From Ascidiella aspersa (taxonomy: Eukaryota), in the NCBI GenBank assembly GCA_963924565.1, contig OZ004615.1, positions 16,182,001 to 16,246,000 on the forward strand: DNA of 64,000 nucleotides. Reading direction: 5' to 3'. The notes under the pieces are model-generated. The model was not told where the DNA came from and did not search any database. It saw nothing but the letters and a program-made list of their open reading frames with translations. The position numbers and the translations under genes are program-made. Shown piece by piece: positions 26,101 through 39,400 of this stretch. Numbering within the stretch: position 1 is the first letter of the stretch; every line of letters begins with the position of its first letter.

Positions 26101-27849
26101 GCTGTATACTTTCCAAAATAACCGCGAGTATTTTTGAGTCGTATTTCGAAAGATATTATCGAAAAAACAAATTCGTTCCATGAGTCCCGCACTTCCCCTA
26201 CTTTGTTGTTAACTTTATCTGTATACTCAATGGATTACCAGGAAGTATGGAGTTAAAGAAGTGTCTATACAATTTATCAAAAACGTGCATAACACTTTGT
26301 CGTGACGAATGTAAAGGTTGGGCTTGTGCTTAGGTCAAAGATTGACGTTATTTTGGCCGTTTCGGTCCTTATTTGACGGGATTAGGTCTTCCTTATTTCA
26401 ATATTGGCATTAGTCCTATTTTTTTGTGAATTGTATTTTATTTCTATGTTGCATTTATTTTAATTTCGGTCTTATTACTTGGGACCGATGAAAGAGGCTT
26501 AAACAAAACAGAACGATAATTTACTTGGCCTTTGCAATCAATATTATCCTAAAGTACAATCCGCAGCTCATGGTTTTGCAAACTACTATAAGGAAATTGG
26601 AAACAAATCGCCAAAGACTTTTACTGCAAATCATAAAATTTACATGTTCCCTAAAATGACTAAGAACATCGTGCTTTTATCAAATTTTATTTGGATGTTC
26701 ATATAAGCACACCGTACACACCGTCACCACCAGACACAAAGCTGACAAGCACCACAGCGATTTTGTGTCTTTTTGAGAAAGCAAGAATACACGCTTCCAG
26801 TATTAAAATGCTGGCCTAAAGCTTAAAACATTATAGGAAAACAAGTATGGCTAGATCTCAGTTGTTGTACACGTAGGCGTATGTGTTTTTTAATGGTCAA
26901 ATGTGGAGCTGTAGATTCCCATTAATATGTAGTGATTTGTAATAAACACAATGCAGCAAGCAACAGTGTCTTGTTGTTTCTCGACTCGTTCCCGTCTTAA
27001 CCTGTGTAGGTATGTTCGCAGATCGACGGTCAATTTAGGCCTGGGTCGTCAGTTCGAACCTTACGACAGGCTAGTTGTTTTTTCAGCCTTGCTTGCATCA
27101 TTGATCGAATGATTCGGTTAGTTTTTGAAGGCTTCCGGTATAATTTGTTACTATTTGTCATTTATTTATAAATCAAGACATACTTGTTGGAATCCTATTG
27201 GTGCAAGTCGGATTCCTTGCCGAACACCTGTAGAAAGCGCCAGGTGGTACCGTGGCCACACGAACCCCGTAAGTGGGAGCGCCAATGTAAAATGCCGGCT
27301 CTTGAAACCTGAACAACAAAATCCGCTTTAAATTCGTAAAGGAAAGTTTTATAACTGACATTAAATCAATACCGGTTCTACTTTATATATTTTGTTTTAA
27401 TATCAATAAAATTGCAGTGTTACCACAGATATTTTTTGTGTGGTATTGGTACAGTTATGTAAATAAACTATATGTACTATAAATCGTCACACTATTATAG
27501 GCCATTTGCATGTCTCCTTCTGTATTACACGACCTGTGGTACCTCATTTTTCTTTTAAAGGACCAATGCATAATATATGTTAAGGAAGGGCGCATTTATA
27601 CACATATTTATGTGGACAAATTATGTGGCACACATAAAAAATCGTTTTACGTTAATAATTCGCCTGACAACAATATACATACGGTCGAACGACGGCAGTG
27701 GTTGAAGCACCGAAGTTCGTCACTATTCCAGAGGATGATTTTGGTGGCGCCATAACAGCCGGGTTGCGAGACTCGATATTTTGAGCCAAAGCGATATTAA
27801 CTAAAATTAACGGCAGCGATAATAACAATAATTTATGTCTGTGCTCCAT
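8185..27849 (-). CDS. Integrin alpha subunit with I (vWA) domain, paralog A; complete, 27 coding exons, ~1257 aa
   Basis: Exons read by eye: 27683-27849, 27184-27308, 25108-25166, 24486-24609, 23874-23997, 22112-22215, 21487-21664, 20514-20692, 19894-19961, 19179-19338, 18550-18635, 18096-18341, 17531-17743, 17033-17336, 16689-16843, 16364-16584, 14527-14668, 14131-14229, 13731-13819, 13040-13129, 12058-12172, 11664-11774, 10710-10844, 10384-10497, 9918-10007, 9520-9657, 8185-8322. They sum to 3774 nt in frame. Features: signal peptide; MIDAS DESGS...GATFT...VVVTDGES; FG-GAP repeats with Ca-binding loops DLNNDAYDD, DVDKNNFTD and DVNSDTYPD; genu region KCVHDLSL; TM IGAIIGAVLGGVALLAIVALAMWK; tail LGFFNSKY. 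An alternative in-frame ATG lies at 27876. Confidence 0.95.
8785..9361. mobile_element. MITE-like element
   Basis: Terminal inverted repeat TAGGGCGATTA / TAATCGCCCTA; non-coding interior. Confidence 0.5.
11817..12075. repeat. Diverged ~130-bp tandem duplication that includes the 3' end of an integrin exon
   Basis: Two copies start AATACAGGTTT(TT)ATGCAC at 11817 and 11951. They end TATTTAGCGTGTCAGTGTGCAT and TATTTACCGTGTATGTGTGCAT. Confidence 0.8.
14881..15555. mobile_element. hAT-type MITE
   Basis: TIR CAGTGGTCGGCAACCT / AGGTTGCCGACCCCTG and a perfect 8-bp TSD TTTTAGGC. The interior is homologous (inverted) to 22647-23246. Confidence 0.85.
16030..16248. repeat. Perfect tandem repeat, 3 x 73 bp
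   Basis: The unit GTAGATCGTTCAAGTGCACACTG...GGGCAAAAATGCTTTT starts at 16031, 16104 and 16177. Confidence 0.95.
18655..18960 (-). ncRNA. Cluster of a ~95-bp hammerhead-containing repeat (two minus-strand copies plus one inverted partial copy)
   Basis: The minus strand of 18850-18889 reads UUAA-CUGAAGA-G-GAUAC-AAGUUU-GUUUC-GAAAC-GUC-UUAA. A degenerate copy lies at 18655-18710 and an inverted tail at 18894-18960. Confidence 0.7.
19388..19657. mobile_element. hAT-type MITE (degenerate)
   Basis: Ends TAGTAGTTCTCAACC / GGTTGGGAATCAGTG, internal GGGTGCCG repeats, TSD ATTGAGGG/ATTTAGGG. Confidence 0.6.
20296..20385. repeat. 45-bp tandem duplication at the end of a MITE remnant (from ~20017)
   Basis: GGGTTGGCTACCTC(A/G)TCACTCGTAAAATAAGTAGAGTT(A/G)ACAGCA occurs twice. 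Confidence 0.8.
22300..23496. mobile_element. hAT-type MITE containing a nested second MITE (22647-23246)
   Basis: Outer TIR CAGAGGTTCCCAAC / GTTGGGAAACACTG with TSD GCTTAAAG/GCTTAAAT. Inner ends CAGGGGTCGCCAAC / TTTGCCGAGCCCTG with TSD ATTTAAAG/ATTTTAAAG. Confidence 0.75.
25314..26200. mobile_element. MITE with perfect 17-bp TIR (possible TA target)
   Basis: TAGGGGAAGTGCGGGAC / GTCCCGCACTTCCCCTA, with subterminal and internal CC(T)ATGGAACA repeats. Confidence 0.8.
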
Positions 27850-28104
27850 TTCTATGGTATCTATATAATTAGACATATGCCTGCAAAATTTGAAACGTTA
27901 AGTTAAACAGCAAAGAGCTACACATTGGCGGCTGTTACGGCTCTTAATGCGTATGACTTGAAACTCTTACAATAAACAATACTTTGTTTGTAAGTATAGA
28001 ATCCAGTTTTAGGGCTATTCAGCATATTATGTAAATTACATTAAGAACGAATGAAAGACGTCATTGTGTTTTTATAGCTTCCCTTTCGGTAGGTGCTTCT
28101 AATA

Positions 28105-28450
28105 ATTCCTTGTATAGAGCCTATGGCGGTCTAAACTTACAACGAGTTTCTTAAATAGGAAATTGCGATTGAGACTCATCCTTTGTTTAATATTGATGCT
28201 TATAAGCACTTCCGCTACGAGCAAGCTACTTATAGCACACGACGTAAAAGCAAAATTCCCCGCCAACAGTGGCGGAAAGTATTCTCGCAGAGTTTACCAA
28301 TTTGATTTTTGTATAGTTACCTAAGAAAAAAAGCTACTGCTCTGCCTGTTACATTTTGTTGAAACGGTTTCAGCGAATCTATTGTTAACAGCGTGTTAGA
28401 CTCTCCTATACATTTGGCAGGCAACGAACGCTGAGTGATGAACGCTGAGC
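28105..28450 (-). promoter_or_regulatory. Integrin paralog A 5'UTR exon/promoter region conserved with paralog B
   Basis: 28105-28225 matches 4701-4820. 28403-28450 (CTCCTATACATTTGGCAGGC..GAAC..TGA.TGATGAACGCTGA) matches 5303-5350. ETS-like CGGAAG cores are present. Confidence 0.6.
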
Positions 28451-30493
28451 AAGCTTCGTGAGGTGACTCTTATCATTTTCTCAAGCGCCGTTATCCCTAT
28501 GCTCTATTTTATGTTGTTGTATCCGCAAATTCGCGACGTACTCGTTTGCGCAACACAAATACACTGTCGACTTTTAGTAGCTTTACGTCGCATGTAGTAA
28601 GCTCTATATGTTTTATTACTCAGCTCGTTAGTTTTAAATATCTTTACTTAAGTTGCGATCTTAGTTTTATCAACCAACAATATTTCTGTTTAAAAATTTA
28701 ATTGGGTTTAAGTAACGTTTCCCATCCAAATATAATTCGAGATTTTAAGGTCAATGCGTTTTGCAAGCAAAGAATCTGGTCAAATTTGCTCACAATAATG
28801 GTTGAAATTAAAGCTGTCTCTTTCGCTTAGCGAATAACGTTTTCGTCACTTTTACCCTGTTTCCAAAACAATTGTGCTCTTCTGTTTTTGCTAAATATAA
28901 TTTATCTCTATCAAAATAGGGAATCAATTTGCATCATTATAGCTGAGTTCAACCGAAATACGAGTTTAACCGTCTACTTTGCTCCTTTTGCGATTTACAT
29001 TGTTCTACGTATAAGCTCACAAAATTAATAGACCTTTGCCTATAATACATTCCAGTCAGCTCCCTCCGACTCGTTGTGTTCTATGACTTAAATTATACAT
29101 CCCAGTTCGTTTGCGCTTGCAATTGTCACGGATTTAGCGGTCCACCTGAAAGTTTCCATTTCAAACACAGAGCCACTTGTGATGGTACAACTCAATGACG
29201 CAAACGCCGGATGCGATAAACTGGAGCGAGTGTGCTATAACAAACCTACTCACAAGTAACGCAAACGTCACTCACTCCTTGCTGTGGAATGTAAAATAGT
29301 TTTATGGCGTGTCGCTTTCACCAGTAAATTTTGCTAGTTAAATAAGGCTACGCCGGTCTCTAATAAAAGGAATCGCGTACTGCGTTTGTAATTGCGTGAT
29401 GCACGCTGTTTATTTTCAGTGATAAAATCCGGATACAGGTGTTGCACCGGGTAACACGAAACATAAAGTATCGATGCTGGTGACAGGCTGGTTCCCTACT
29501 CCAGAGTTTTAGAGCAATATTTAAACCATATTATCTAAGGACATTTTTAGGGCTTAACACCTCGGTCGATTTCAACCATTAAAATAACCGGTTGAACTTT
29601 GTTATTTTGGATTTCATCCGCATGAAACAAGCAAAGTAAGTTTGTAACCTTCAGTTTCCTTTTTTGTGAAATAACAATGAAACGTTTGTGTATTGAAACC
29701 GAGCCTCAACTGGCTTGAAAGATGTAAGCTTGTAATAAGCCAATGAGAGACTATTACTGTACCTGTAAATCATAAGTGGGCACACCAGCTTATTTGATTA
29801 CCTTATTATACATAATGAAAAATAACAATATGCACCAGTTTAATCTGCACGACGTTTGCCATCCGCATTACAGTTGGTTTTCATCCGCACAAGTGCGTAC
29901 CATCCCACGTATTGAAAACCCTACTCTATGTGGACTATAATTTTACTTACAGTTTTAAATAAATTATTAACGGTTTAATTATAGGGAGATTTTGAAACTC
30001 GTTAAGCCTTGTAATGAATCATCTGCTTAGAACTAAAACTTTACTTCCTTCTAGGCTAGTGCCTACGCACATAGGTTTACCAATGCCTAAAAATGTTGCT
30101 ATACATGCGTGTGACATCCTGTCTGAAAATGGCGTCTCGTTGAAAAATATTCGTTTAGGTCGTTGGTGTCATACGCGGGTATCTTTTTCAGTGCGGTAAT
30201 GTACAATGTTTTATCTAATTTTTTCCAAAAAGTTCAAACTAGTGCAGCGATTACATATGTTTTTTAAAAACGGCGAAAATGCAATACACAATTACTTTAT
30301 TCTTATTTGCATATTGTTTTTCAGTGCGACTACTATGCCATACACTTTTTTAAATGCTGCTTTAGTTTTTTCTTGTTCAAGGTCTTTTGTTAAGACCGAC
30401 GATGGTGTTTTCATGCTTTTGTGACGCCATAGTGGTCTACTTCAATCGAATATCAGTCATACTGTAATAACATTTATCATAAAATGGAAAGAA

Positions 30494-33400
30494 ATGTCTC
30501 TTCACGTATGCATATATTTAATGCTATTAGCTCTGTATAAACCCGTCATCGGTCAGCCGTACCAGCTAAAATGCCAGCAAAATGGTAGGAATGTAGATAT
30601 TATTGAAATTCAAGCTGCAATTCAACAGGTAAATATGTTATTTGCTTTGCAAAAATAATATATTTTGCACCAAATGTTTGTGGCCCAAGATAGTGTTCCT
30701 TTCAAAGATTTTTTATACTACACAAACGCTTGTTTTAGTTAGCATGAATACTTTAACACAGTCGTGGAAAAGTCCAACAGAGAAATTTCGTGTATTAGTA
30801 AAATTAGTACTAATCGACCAAAAAACAAAATCACGTTGAATACAAAATGCTATATTGTCCTTGTTTGCTGTGCACCTTGCTTGGACTTAGACCAGTGTTT
30901 CTTCGCCGTAGTAGTCGCACATCGCCCAAGCCTTGCTGGTATACTTATGTTTAGGTTTCGGGTCGCCGTGAAAAAAGGTAAAAAGAAACACTGGTTTAAA
31001 CAAAACATTGGATTGGAGGAGTGGTTCTCAACCTTTTACTATTACTTGGCAAATACGCTCTGTGTATAACCCCTCTGTAATATTGGCCTAAATTGACCTC
31101 GAATAACCCTTCAGTGTCATTTATGCGTTTTACGATGAAATGTTTCTTTTCCTGTCCTTTAAGAAAATGCGAAATCTTTGCACTTGCCATAAACATTAGT
31201 TGCTCGCCCAACAGCATGAATTTTGACGGACACTTAATGATAAGGCAAAGGTTATCGACAAGTAATAGATGACCTTTAAGCAGGGTTTCCCAATCTTTTT
31301 TGGACCACGGACCACTATTTGTGAATCTGTGTTTTCGCGGACCGCACAATTACAGTTAAGTTACTGAAGTTAACAACTAATTTAATGGCAGCGTAATTAC
31401 ACAATTAAATTATCCTATAACCGCACTTCGTTTCTCATATCTGCCTCACAACCAACTAACTTTTGACTCACTAAACTTCGCGCAACAAGTATAAGAATAA
31501 CTGCGGCCATTATTAAAAAGGTACGTAGCCTATACTGCACAACGTATATGTGTAACTTTTCAATTTCTTGTCATATCGCCGCGGACCACCTGTGCAGTCG
31601 TCGCAGACCACCAATGGTCCGCGGACCACAGTTTGGGAAACCCTGACCTAAAGAACGTTAACGAGGCACTATATGGCTAACAATAAAAGATAGCTTTACA
31701 GTCATAATAATAAACACAGACTAAGGTTAACTGCAATTTTTTAAAATATTGTGACTTTGGTTTTGCAATACCACGTACTATAGTAAGAAGGTCATGCCCA
31801 TGGCCCCAATGACCGCTCCGAGAGCCATAAAAACATTTTGTCGATTAAGATACAGAAATGTTTCACTTCTACTCTAAAAGGTTCTATTTATTCCTGTAGA
31901 GCTCAGAAAAAAGGGAAAAATGAGCGCGCGTACGCGCGAGTATCGTTGCAAAACTCTTGCGAAGAGTCATGAAAATTTTTACTTTTTCACGCAAAATTTG
32001 ACAAAGATCGCAAAATGTCGTGTTTATTTAGGCGGTTTATCAGTAAGCAACGGATTTTCTTAGTTTGTACGTCATTTGGTACCAAGATTACGTGTTTTTT
32101 TTTAATATCACAAAAGTCGAGCAAATACTGCTACCAACTGAGTCGTTTCCTCAACATACTTTGATTAAGCATCAGAAAACTTACACGGATATTTCACATA
32201 AAAAATCTCCTAGAATAATTTCATGATAATTTAGGGATTTTCGGCCAGATTTACGCAGAGTTTGCAAAATATCGCATCTATGTAGCAATTTGAACTGTAT
32301 GGTAAACAATTTTTATTTTTAGAGAGATTTCATAAAAACGCAAACCTACAGAACCAGAAAACCAAAGACTCGCCCAATCCAAAAATTTGTTTTTGTTAGT
32401 ATAGCTAAAAATAGGGTTCATTGGTTCTCGGGTCGTATAGTTTACCGACCCCTGGACTAATCTTTAGTTTGACTTTGACCGCCTAAGAGGCATTTCCGTT
32501 GACATCCAGTCATTTTGTATTATATATACGTTGTGGTGTTATAGAAGGTTATATTTAAATTTTATTAGGATTCAAGTTAAATTGATTTATAAAAGTGTAA
32601 TAGAAAAGCAAGTCCTTACATTTTTTAATCCTAAATCGGCGCTCAATTTGCAAATTTAGTTCAATTGCAAATTTTGTATAACAAAAGAACGAATTAAGCC
32701 AAACCACTGTAGTGCGTTAAAGAAAGAAAAAATGTAACTTATTTCTAAATTCTAGAATATAGATAAAAAAGATTTAATTTTTAAAAATTGCGTTTTGTTA
32801 GCAAACATTGAGTTTTGTTATATTTCTAATTAAACTGTTTGACATTTTCGGTTCAGTTTTTTATTGGTTTTAAAAGTTTTCATTCATGCGGTTTATTTTC
32901 GTCTTAAAGGATAACCACCATCAAACACAGGTTAACTAATCAAAGTCATACAATGCTGACCGAACAAAGTTGGTACTTAATATTTTGCAATTAATTGTAT
33001 ATTTAAACATGAAATTGCCTGATTCATGAATGTTTCAGTTGGGGTGCCATACTGACGTGAACCGCATTTAAAGATAGGTTGGGGTTCAGGAAATGTTCGT
33101 ATTACTTCCAAATATGTGGTTCAGTTTTGGATCGACTTTTTAGATTTCTACAAATTTTTTTTCACGTTTGGTTAAGATTCGGACAAATTTAGCCAAAACT
33201 AGTTTATGAAAACCCAGTTCGGGTTCGATTTGAGTTGGTCCCGAACCTTCATATCGCCCACACTAGAGGTCCTCAATAATCTCCTGACGCGTCGTTATTA
33301 TTCCGGAACGTTACTTCACCCATATAGAAAGGATAGAAAACATTTGCAGATATGTTACTCTATTTATGAATACATTTTGTTGCCATTTGCGTGAATTTCA

Positions 33401-36400
33401 GGTTGCAATATGCCAAATTTTAAATGAAGACGATGTGGTGGTTGATTTCCAATTAGAAGATTTCAACCTTGAGCTTACCGCCTACAATTCCACATGGAAC
33501 ATAACCTATCAGTTCACCACTTCTACGGAAAAAGTGAGCAAATTTAAAATCACGCCAACCTTTCATTTAAAATGTCTAATACGACATGCTGTTTGATTGG
33601 AAAGTTGATGGAAGAATTCCTGAAAAGTAGTTGTATCATCTGAGAACGGTATACTTTTAACTAATACAATGGGCGGCTTCGGTTGTAAACTGCTGTTTAC
33701 GATCAACTTTAATTGAGGAAAACTATTCGTTTTTTTACTAGCAACCGAATTTGTATACTTTGCAATTTTTTTAATATTGACCGTGTGACATTATATCGCT
33801 TAAATCCTATATATCGGGCAAAATATTGGAAACAGAAACTTTTCGTTTTATACTTTTAAAATTAGCTTGCTTATATGTCTCTTAGCAGGACGTATTGTTG
33901 CAAACCTGTTTCTCCTTATATTTCTTTCCGCAAAGTAACTGCGTTTTTTACAAACTTCAGCGACAGTACCTAATCACGCAATGTTTTACTACAGACAGAG
34001 TGGAACCTCACTCTCCCAGTATCCGACTTTTTCTGTCACCTAACCGATTTCGACGACCCGCCAGCGCTTTCTCCCCTACACACGCATCGCTCTTTGAAGT
34101 GGCTGGCCACTTTGAAAGCCTGCCACCGAATGCTGGAGAAATGCGTCGTCAAAAATATGGCGCTCATCCACAAAGAGTCAGGTCGCTTCGCGTCGTTGTT
34201 TTTTAGTCTATAAATTTACTGGTCGTATGTCGCATTGTGTAAATCTTTCGCATTTAGATCAATAATAACTACAATTCGGTGTGACGGGATATAATTGCTA
34301 AAAATAAATGGCTGTCAAAAACTGATTACAATTTGCAGTATGTTGATGGCAGGCATTACTGATCATGTAACGTCGGCAAGATATTATTTTTTGCAAGAAA
34401 ACTTTCAACTAAGGCAGTATTTTACGATTTTTTTTATCTATTGATCAAATGCACGATATTATGTTTATGATGTATTTACAGCGCCGTGATCACACTGCCT
34501 TATACTAGACAATTTTAAAATGTTAATGTTTCACTTTGCAAAGGTTTGCTATACCTGTTACTTTTCTTTTCTTCAGTGTCACTTAACTACTCAAAAACAC
34601 AATAATATAATCTTGGCACTTTTCACGAACATTTTGTTTCAAAACCTATAAAATCAAACACCTCGAAACCGTTGGAGTGTGTGCAAATTATGGTTTGTTT
34701 TACCCAACAGAGATTTTAACAACACGGAACTGGGGCAACTTGCTTGCAATTCTGCCGGTTGACATCAATCAAATCTTTACGCAAGATACTCACGTCATCA
34801 ACGTAAAAGCCCCTTGCCAACCCGGGACCTCCATGGTTATACTTAGCTCACGAACTAAGACATGTGAGTAACATGTGATTAAGTATGCTAATGCCATAAA
34901 CCGATTTTTGCTTTACTAATACAGCTTTTGCCTTACCCCGGTCTTTAAGCGTGCATTGCTACATCTATTTTCACATAGTGTTACATTCATGTATACTGTT
35001 CTGTTTCTGATTTTCGTTATAAAAATTACAAAGATTAGTGCAAAAGAAACCCCTTGCGTTATTACAACAACACTACCTTTAAAACACATGGTTAAAACAT
35101 GTAGAAGCAAAATACCAAAAAAGGTTTGTTTATCACAGTCAAACGCGAAGCGAAAAGTTTTTATAAATGAAAAGGAGGTGGAACCTGAAAAGGTATATAT
35201 ATGTATAGCAATGTATACTCATGGGCGCCCCCACGGGGAAATTCAAAACGCCCTTATTATTATTATTGTTTTTAGGTGTAATATGTATTACTTATGAAGT
35301 TTATAGAATAATTGATATGTCTTTAAATTTTTACTGATATAAAATCGTATGTACATATTACTAAGGTACTGAAGTCAAATTAAGTAAAAATATTAATATT
35401 GCACCCCCCACACACTAAATAATTTTCTGCGGGCGGCTCTGTGTATACCAACTGTATTAAAAATATATATATATTAGCCATAGTCGTTCGTTTATGTTTT
35501 TCTAGACTTCGTTTCCACCCTAAATTCGTATGCCGACCAAACGGTGCGATGGCACCAGTGGAACTGTTCGTTAGCTGACTTGGCGCCTCCGTGCTCTGAC
35601 GCACGCATTCACAACGCGTACTTTGTGAATGACGTCATGCTCTTTGTGACGTCGGACGGGTTGTTGGCGTCGGATTCGTTGGATAATGTCGAGGCAAAAA
35701 ATAACTTATATTAACGTTATTTAGTTATGAAAAAAATATTTCTCAGTTCAAATAACGACATATATATTCTTCCAAAGAGCTGCAATAGGATCATTATGAA
35801 TTGAGTAAAAACGACCACTTATTTCATTGTCACCGAATTCTTGGTAGGCCTACAGCTATACTCCATGATCGACATGTCTTTTCGCTGTCTTTGTTTTCTT
35901 TTTTCCAAATGTTTTTAAGTTGCACAAAAATCAATTGAATCTTATCATGAAGCGATGTTTTACCTGCGACACATTTTATAGTCTTTGGATTTTCAAGACT
36001 TTACTGTACGTACGTTTCAAATCTAATTTTTTGTCTAACATAAGCATGGAGTATCATTTACATTGGTTTTCGTAATAAAACTAACCAATTACAATTACAG
36101 TACATGCGTGATATTAACCACTTTAAAAATAGCTCAAGTAAACCCTTTTGAACTGATGACATACAAGTTGTTCTTTCAGCGTGGTGCTTTACAGTTTTAT
36201 TCATTTTTTGGTCACATTGTTTTTAGGGTGTCGAGGTTGTTTCGACTATATTACAACTTGTAAAAACAAGCTAGAGCGACAGTCTGCACATTATTCATTT
36301 ATATATTTTTTGTATAGGTTTCTTACAAAAAGGTAACCTTGGCGCAGGACAACTTGGTTTGGTCTAGCGTCCAACTGGTTTCGTCGCCACTTTGCTCTAA

Positions 36401-39400
36401 TCTTGATCAAATTCTGCCTCAAGGTAATACCGGTACTTTAAAAGTTCAATTAATCGTAACTGGCGAAATCCGTGTGTTTCTGTTTTTTTTATTTTATTTA
36501 AACACACTTTATGTTCAGTAAACTTCGTACCCTACTTGGTTTTAATCTTACAAACGACCCCTTATTTAATAATTCATCTAGTTTGCATTTTTATCGTTTT
36601 CAGGTTTCAGTTCAAATTAATTTATATGTCGGTGCGCCGGTTGCCTAAAAACAAATATTTAATCATTTGTAAGTAACTTCCACAGCATTTAACGAAAAGT
36701 ATGATTTTCCAATGCAATTCCTATATTTTTTTATTGCTACAAAACCTACCAATTCCATAGACTTACGAATACTATTACTAGTGTGACTTTTAGGCAACAT
36801 TGTTCTGCTGCGCGGAAGCCTACCAAACGGAGATCAGGTTAGTGCTAAAGAGGTTGTATACCTACTTAGATGTTTAAATGAGAAATGAAAAACAGTGAAT
36901 GTGCTGCATGTTATTAGTGACAACGATAACTAACCTTTTTGTAGCACATTTTATAATAGGAATTATAATGTAATATAGCTACAATTGTTAACCTCTATAT
37001 AAATTGTTAAATTACCTGAATTGTGGTAATAATTTGCAGTTATTCATGCTATAATTTGCAGTTATTCATAATAATTTGCAGTTATTTATTCCTATTTGGT
37101 ATTTGGCCTTGTGACCAGCTTTACCTAAACAAAAGCAAAGCGTTTTTTTTATTTCAGGTGCTGTACAGTGCTTCGCCACCGTACCGCCAGTGGGCTCTGT
37201 TGAAGCATTTTTCGTCGCCCAAAAATCTGGTTAATGTTGCATTTGATAGCCAAACATCAAGTATAATCGCAATTACTGATGACGTGAGTCGCGTAGAAAA
37301 CTTTTTGGTATTAATGATAATATTACTAAAAGTTACTTTACTTTTTGTTTGTTTTGCCATATCCTTATGTGTTATAGGTGTATACCTATTTTTTTCTGAA
37401 AAATATTTACAACTTATAGATATTTAGATTAAGAGGGTTCGAAAATCTATTTGACCTATGTTATACAGGCGTCTGGCGTATGTATTTCATGGTTCAGGTA
37501 TAAACCTATATGTTAGACAAAGTTTAAATCAGCAGGTTACACTAATATCCAATTTCTATATACACAATGTGCTATATGACGAATATTTCAAATTAGGTTA
37601 ACTGTTCAATTTCCATGGATAATTTAAAGGCTTCTATTTGGGTAGATTAAGTCAACGAAATATCAGGATCTGCCAAACACTCATAAAAGCTACAAAATAT
37701 CTAACTGCAACTGTATGTTAACGTATTGTCATTAAAAACCGTGCGCATTTGCATAGCTGATCGAGCAGAGACTACAGTCTAACGTGCATCTCCTCTCCGA
37801 CTTGTTGGGAGGGCGAACATCACCAAAGTACGAGCCTTTTACCCTTAACGCCACTGGACCCTGTCGCAACATACTCCTTTCGAACCACTTTCTTTACTTG
37901 GCTGTGGGTCCGACTTTATGGCTTTCAACCGACGGCGGACACTTCTATAAACGGTGCGTCAGGATCCTTTTAAATTAGGGGTCGGGAAACTATGGCTCGC
38001 GAGCCATATATGGCTCTTTTTATGACACCATATCTGTTTTAATGAAAAATCTTGCTTGCAGATAAATCTAAGTTCTGGTTTATCAGCATGATCTAAAACT
38101 GCACGCAGTCATGGCGGCAAACTCAACTGATAATTTTTTTCGCGCTTAGTATGTCCTATCTTTTAAATCAGAACAAAATAAGGGGTCCTGTTGAAATTAC
38201 TATAATTTTTCCAACTATAACTAAAGATGTAATAAAAATAATATATGGCTTTCAACGTAATACCACTAAGAATATTTCACTTTTATGGCTTCCTTTGCTA
38301 AAAAGGTTCCCGAACCCTGCCTTAAATGTTTTGCTAACCAAACGATTCCAGGTTTTAAACTACCACCAACCTGCTTTTAATTATCTACTAAAAAACATAT
38401 ATACCTACCAATAAAAACGTCATAGTAGTTTTCTGTTTGAAAAACCTATTTAAAGAAATAAGAACTACAGACGTTTTGTAATTATAAGCCCACACAAACT
38501 GTTTTATTACGTTGAACAGGCTTGTTATTCCCTGTATGGTTTATATATACGCCTGTCATCAATTTATGACCAAAAAACATTTTAAGGTTAGTAACGTTGG
38601 ACGCTGCCGATCACATTATTGAGATAATAGGATACGAACCTCGAAAATCGTTTGCATTTTTGTCTTCGCGTGGCAACGTTTGGTTTGGCCAAGCTGGACT
38701 CAGCGAAGCGAAGCTCGTGTTGCAAATTGGACCGGTAAGGCTATACGAAATAGGTATTATTCTTAAATATTCCTAGCAACGTGTTTAATTTGCTTTAATT
38801 TGAAAATATTTCAAATATTACACAGAATTCAGAATTTTTTTATAAAATTTAGAAAGTATTTTAAAGTTATAGTTTATAAAAGATATTTGCTAGATTGAAG
38901 AGACATCAGCAGTATTTAGAATTTATGTTCTTCCATATACCGCCCTATAACTTTAATATACCACCCTATACTTCATAATCGATTATTTTCTAACTATGAA
39001 CTTCACGAAATATAACAAACTGTTGCAACGTGGTCTGGCCAACAGTTCAACTGTTTCTTTCCTCTGCCATCAGGTGTTGCGTGGTCGGAAGTTTCTATCG
39101 TTCAATCACATTGGAGACTTGTTTGTTATCGACACCGAGACCACACTGGGTGTGTTTCCCTCTCGTACTGCAATTGATGTAGGCCACCAAATCACCTGCA
39201 GGTACAAGATTAGCCTATCTGTCGGCAAAGCTGTTTTATCGATTACGAAAATCGGCACACTTCATTTTTGATTCGCTGTTCTTTGAAAACTTTAAGCGGC
39301 ATTTATGTAACTTTTAAATTAATTTGCACAGTTACAACTTGACCCAGCAAAGTGTGAAGCATAGCATTCAGTCTGGCGACCTCGGCACAACGGTGGAATA

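Noticed and set aside
27030-27075. tRNA- or SINE-like B box (GTCGTCAGTTCGAACC)
   Set aside because: No convincing cloverleaf, A box or second copy in the window.
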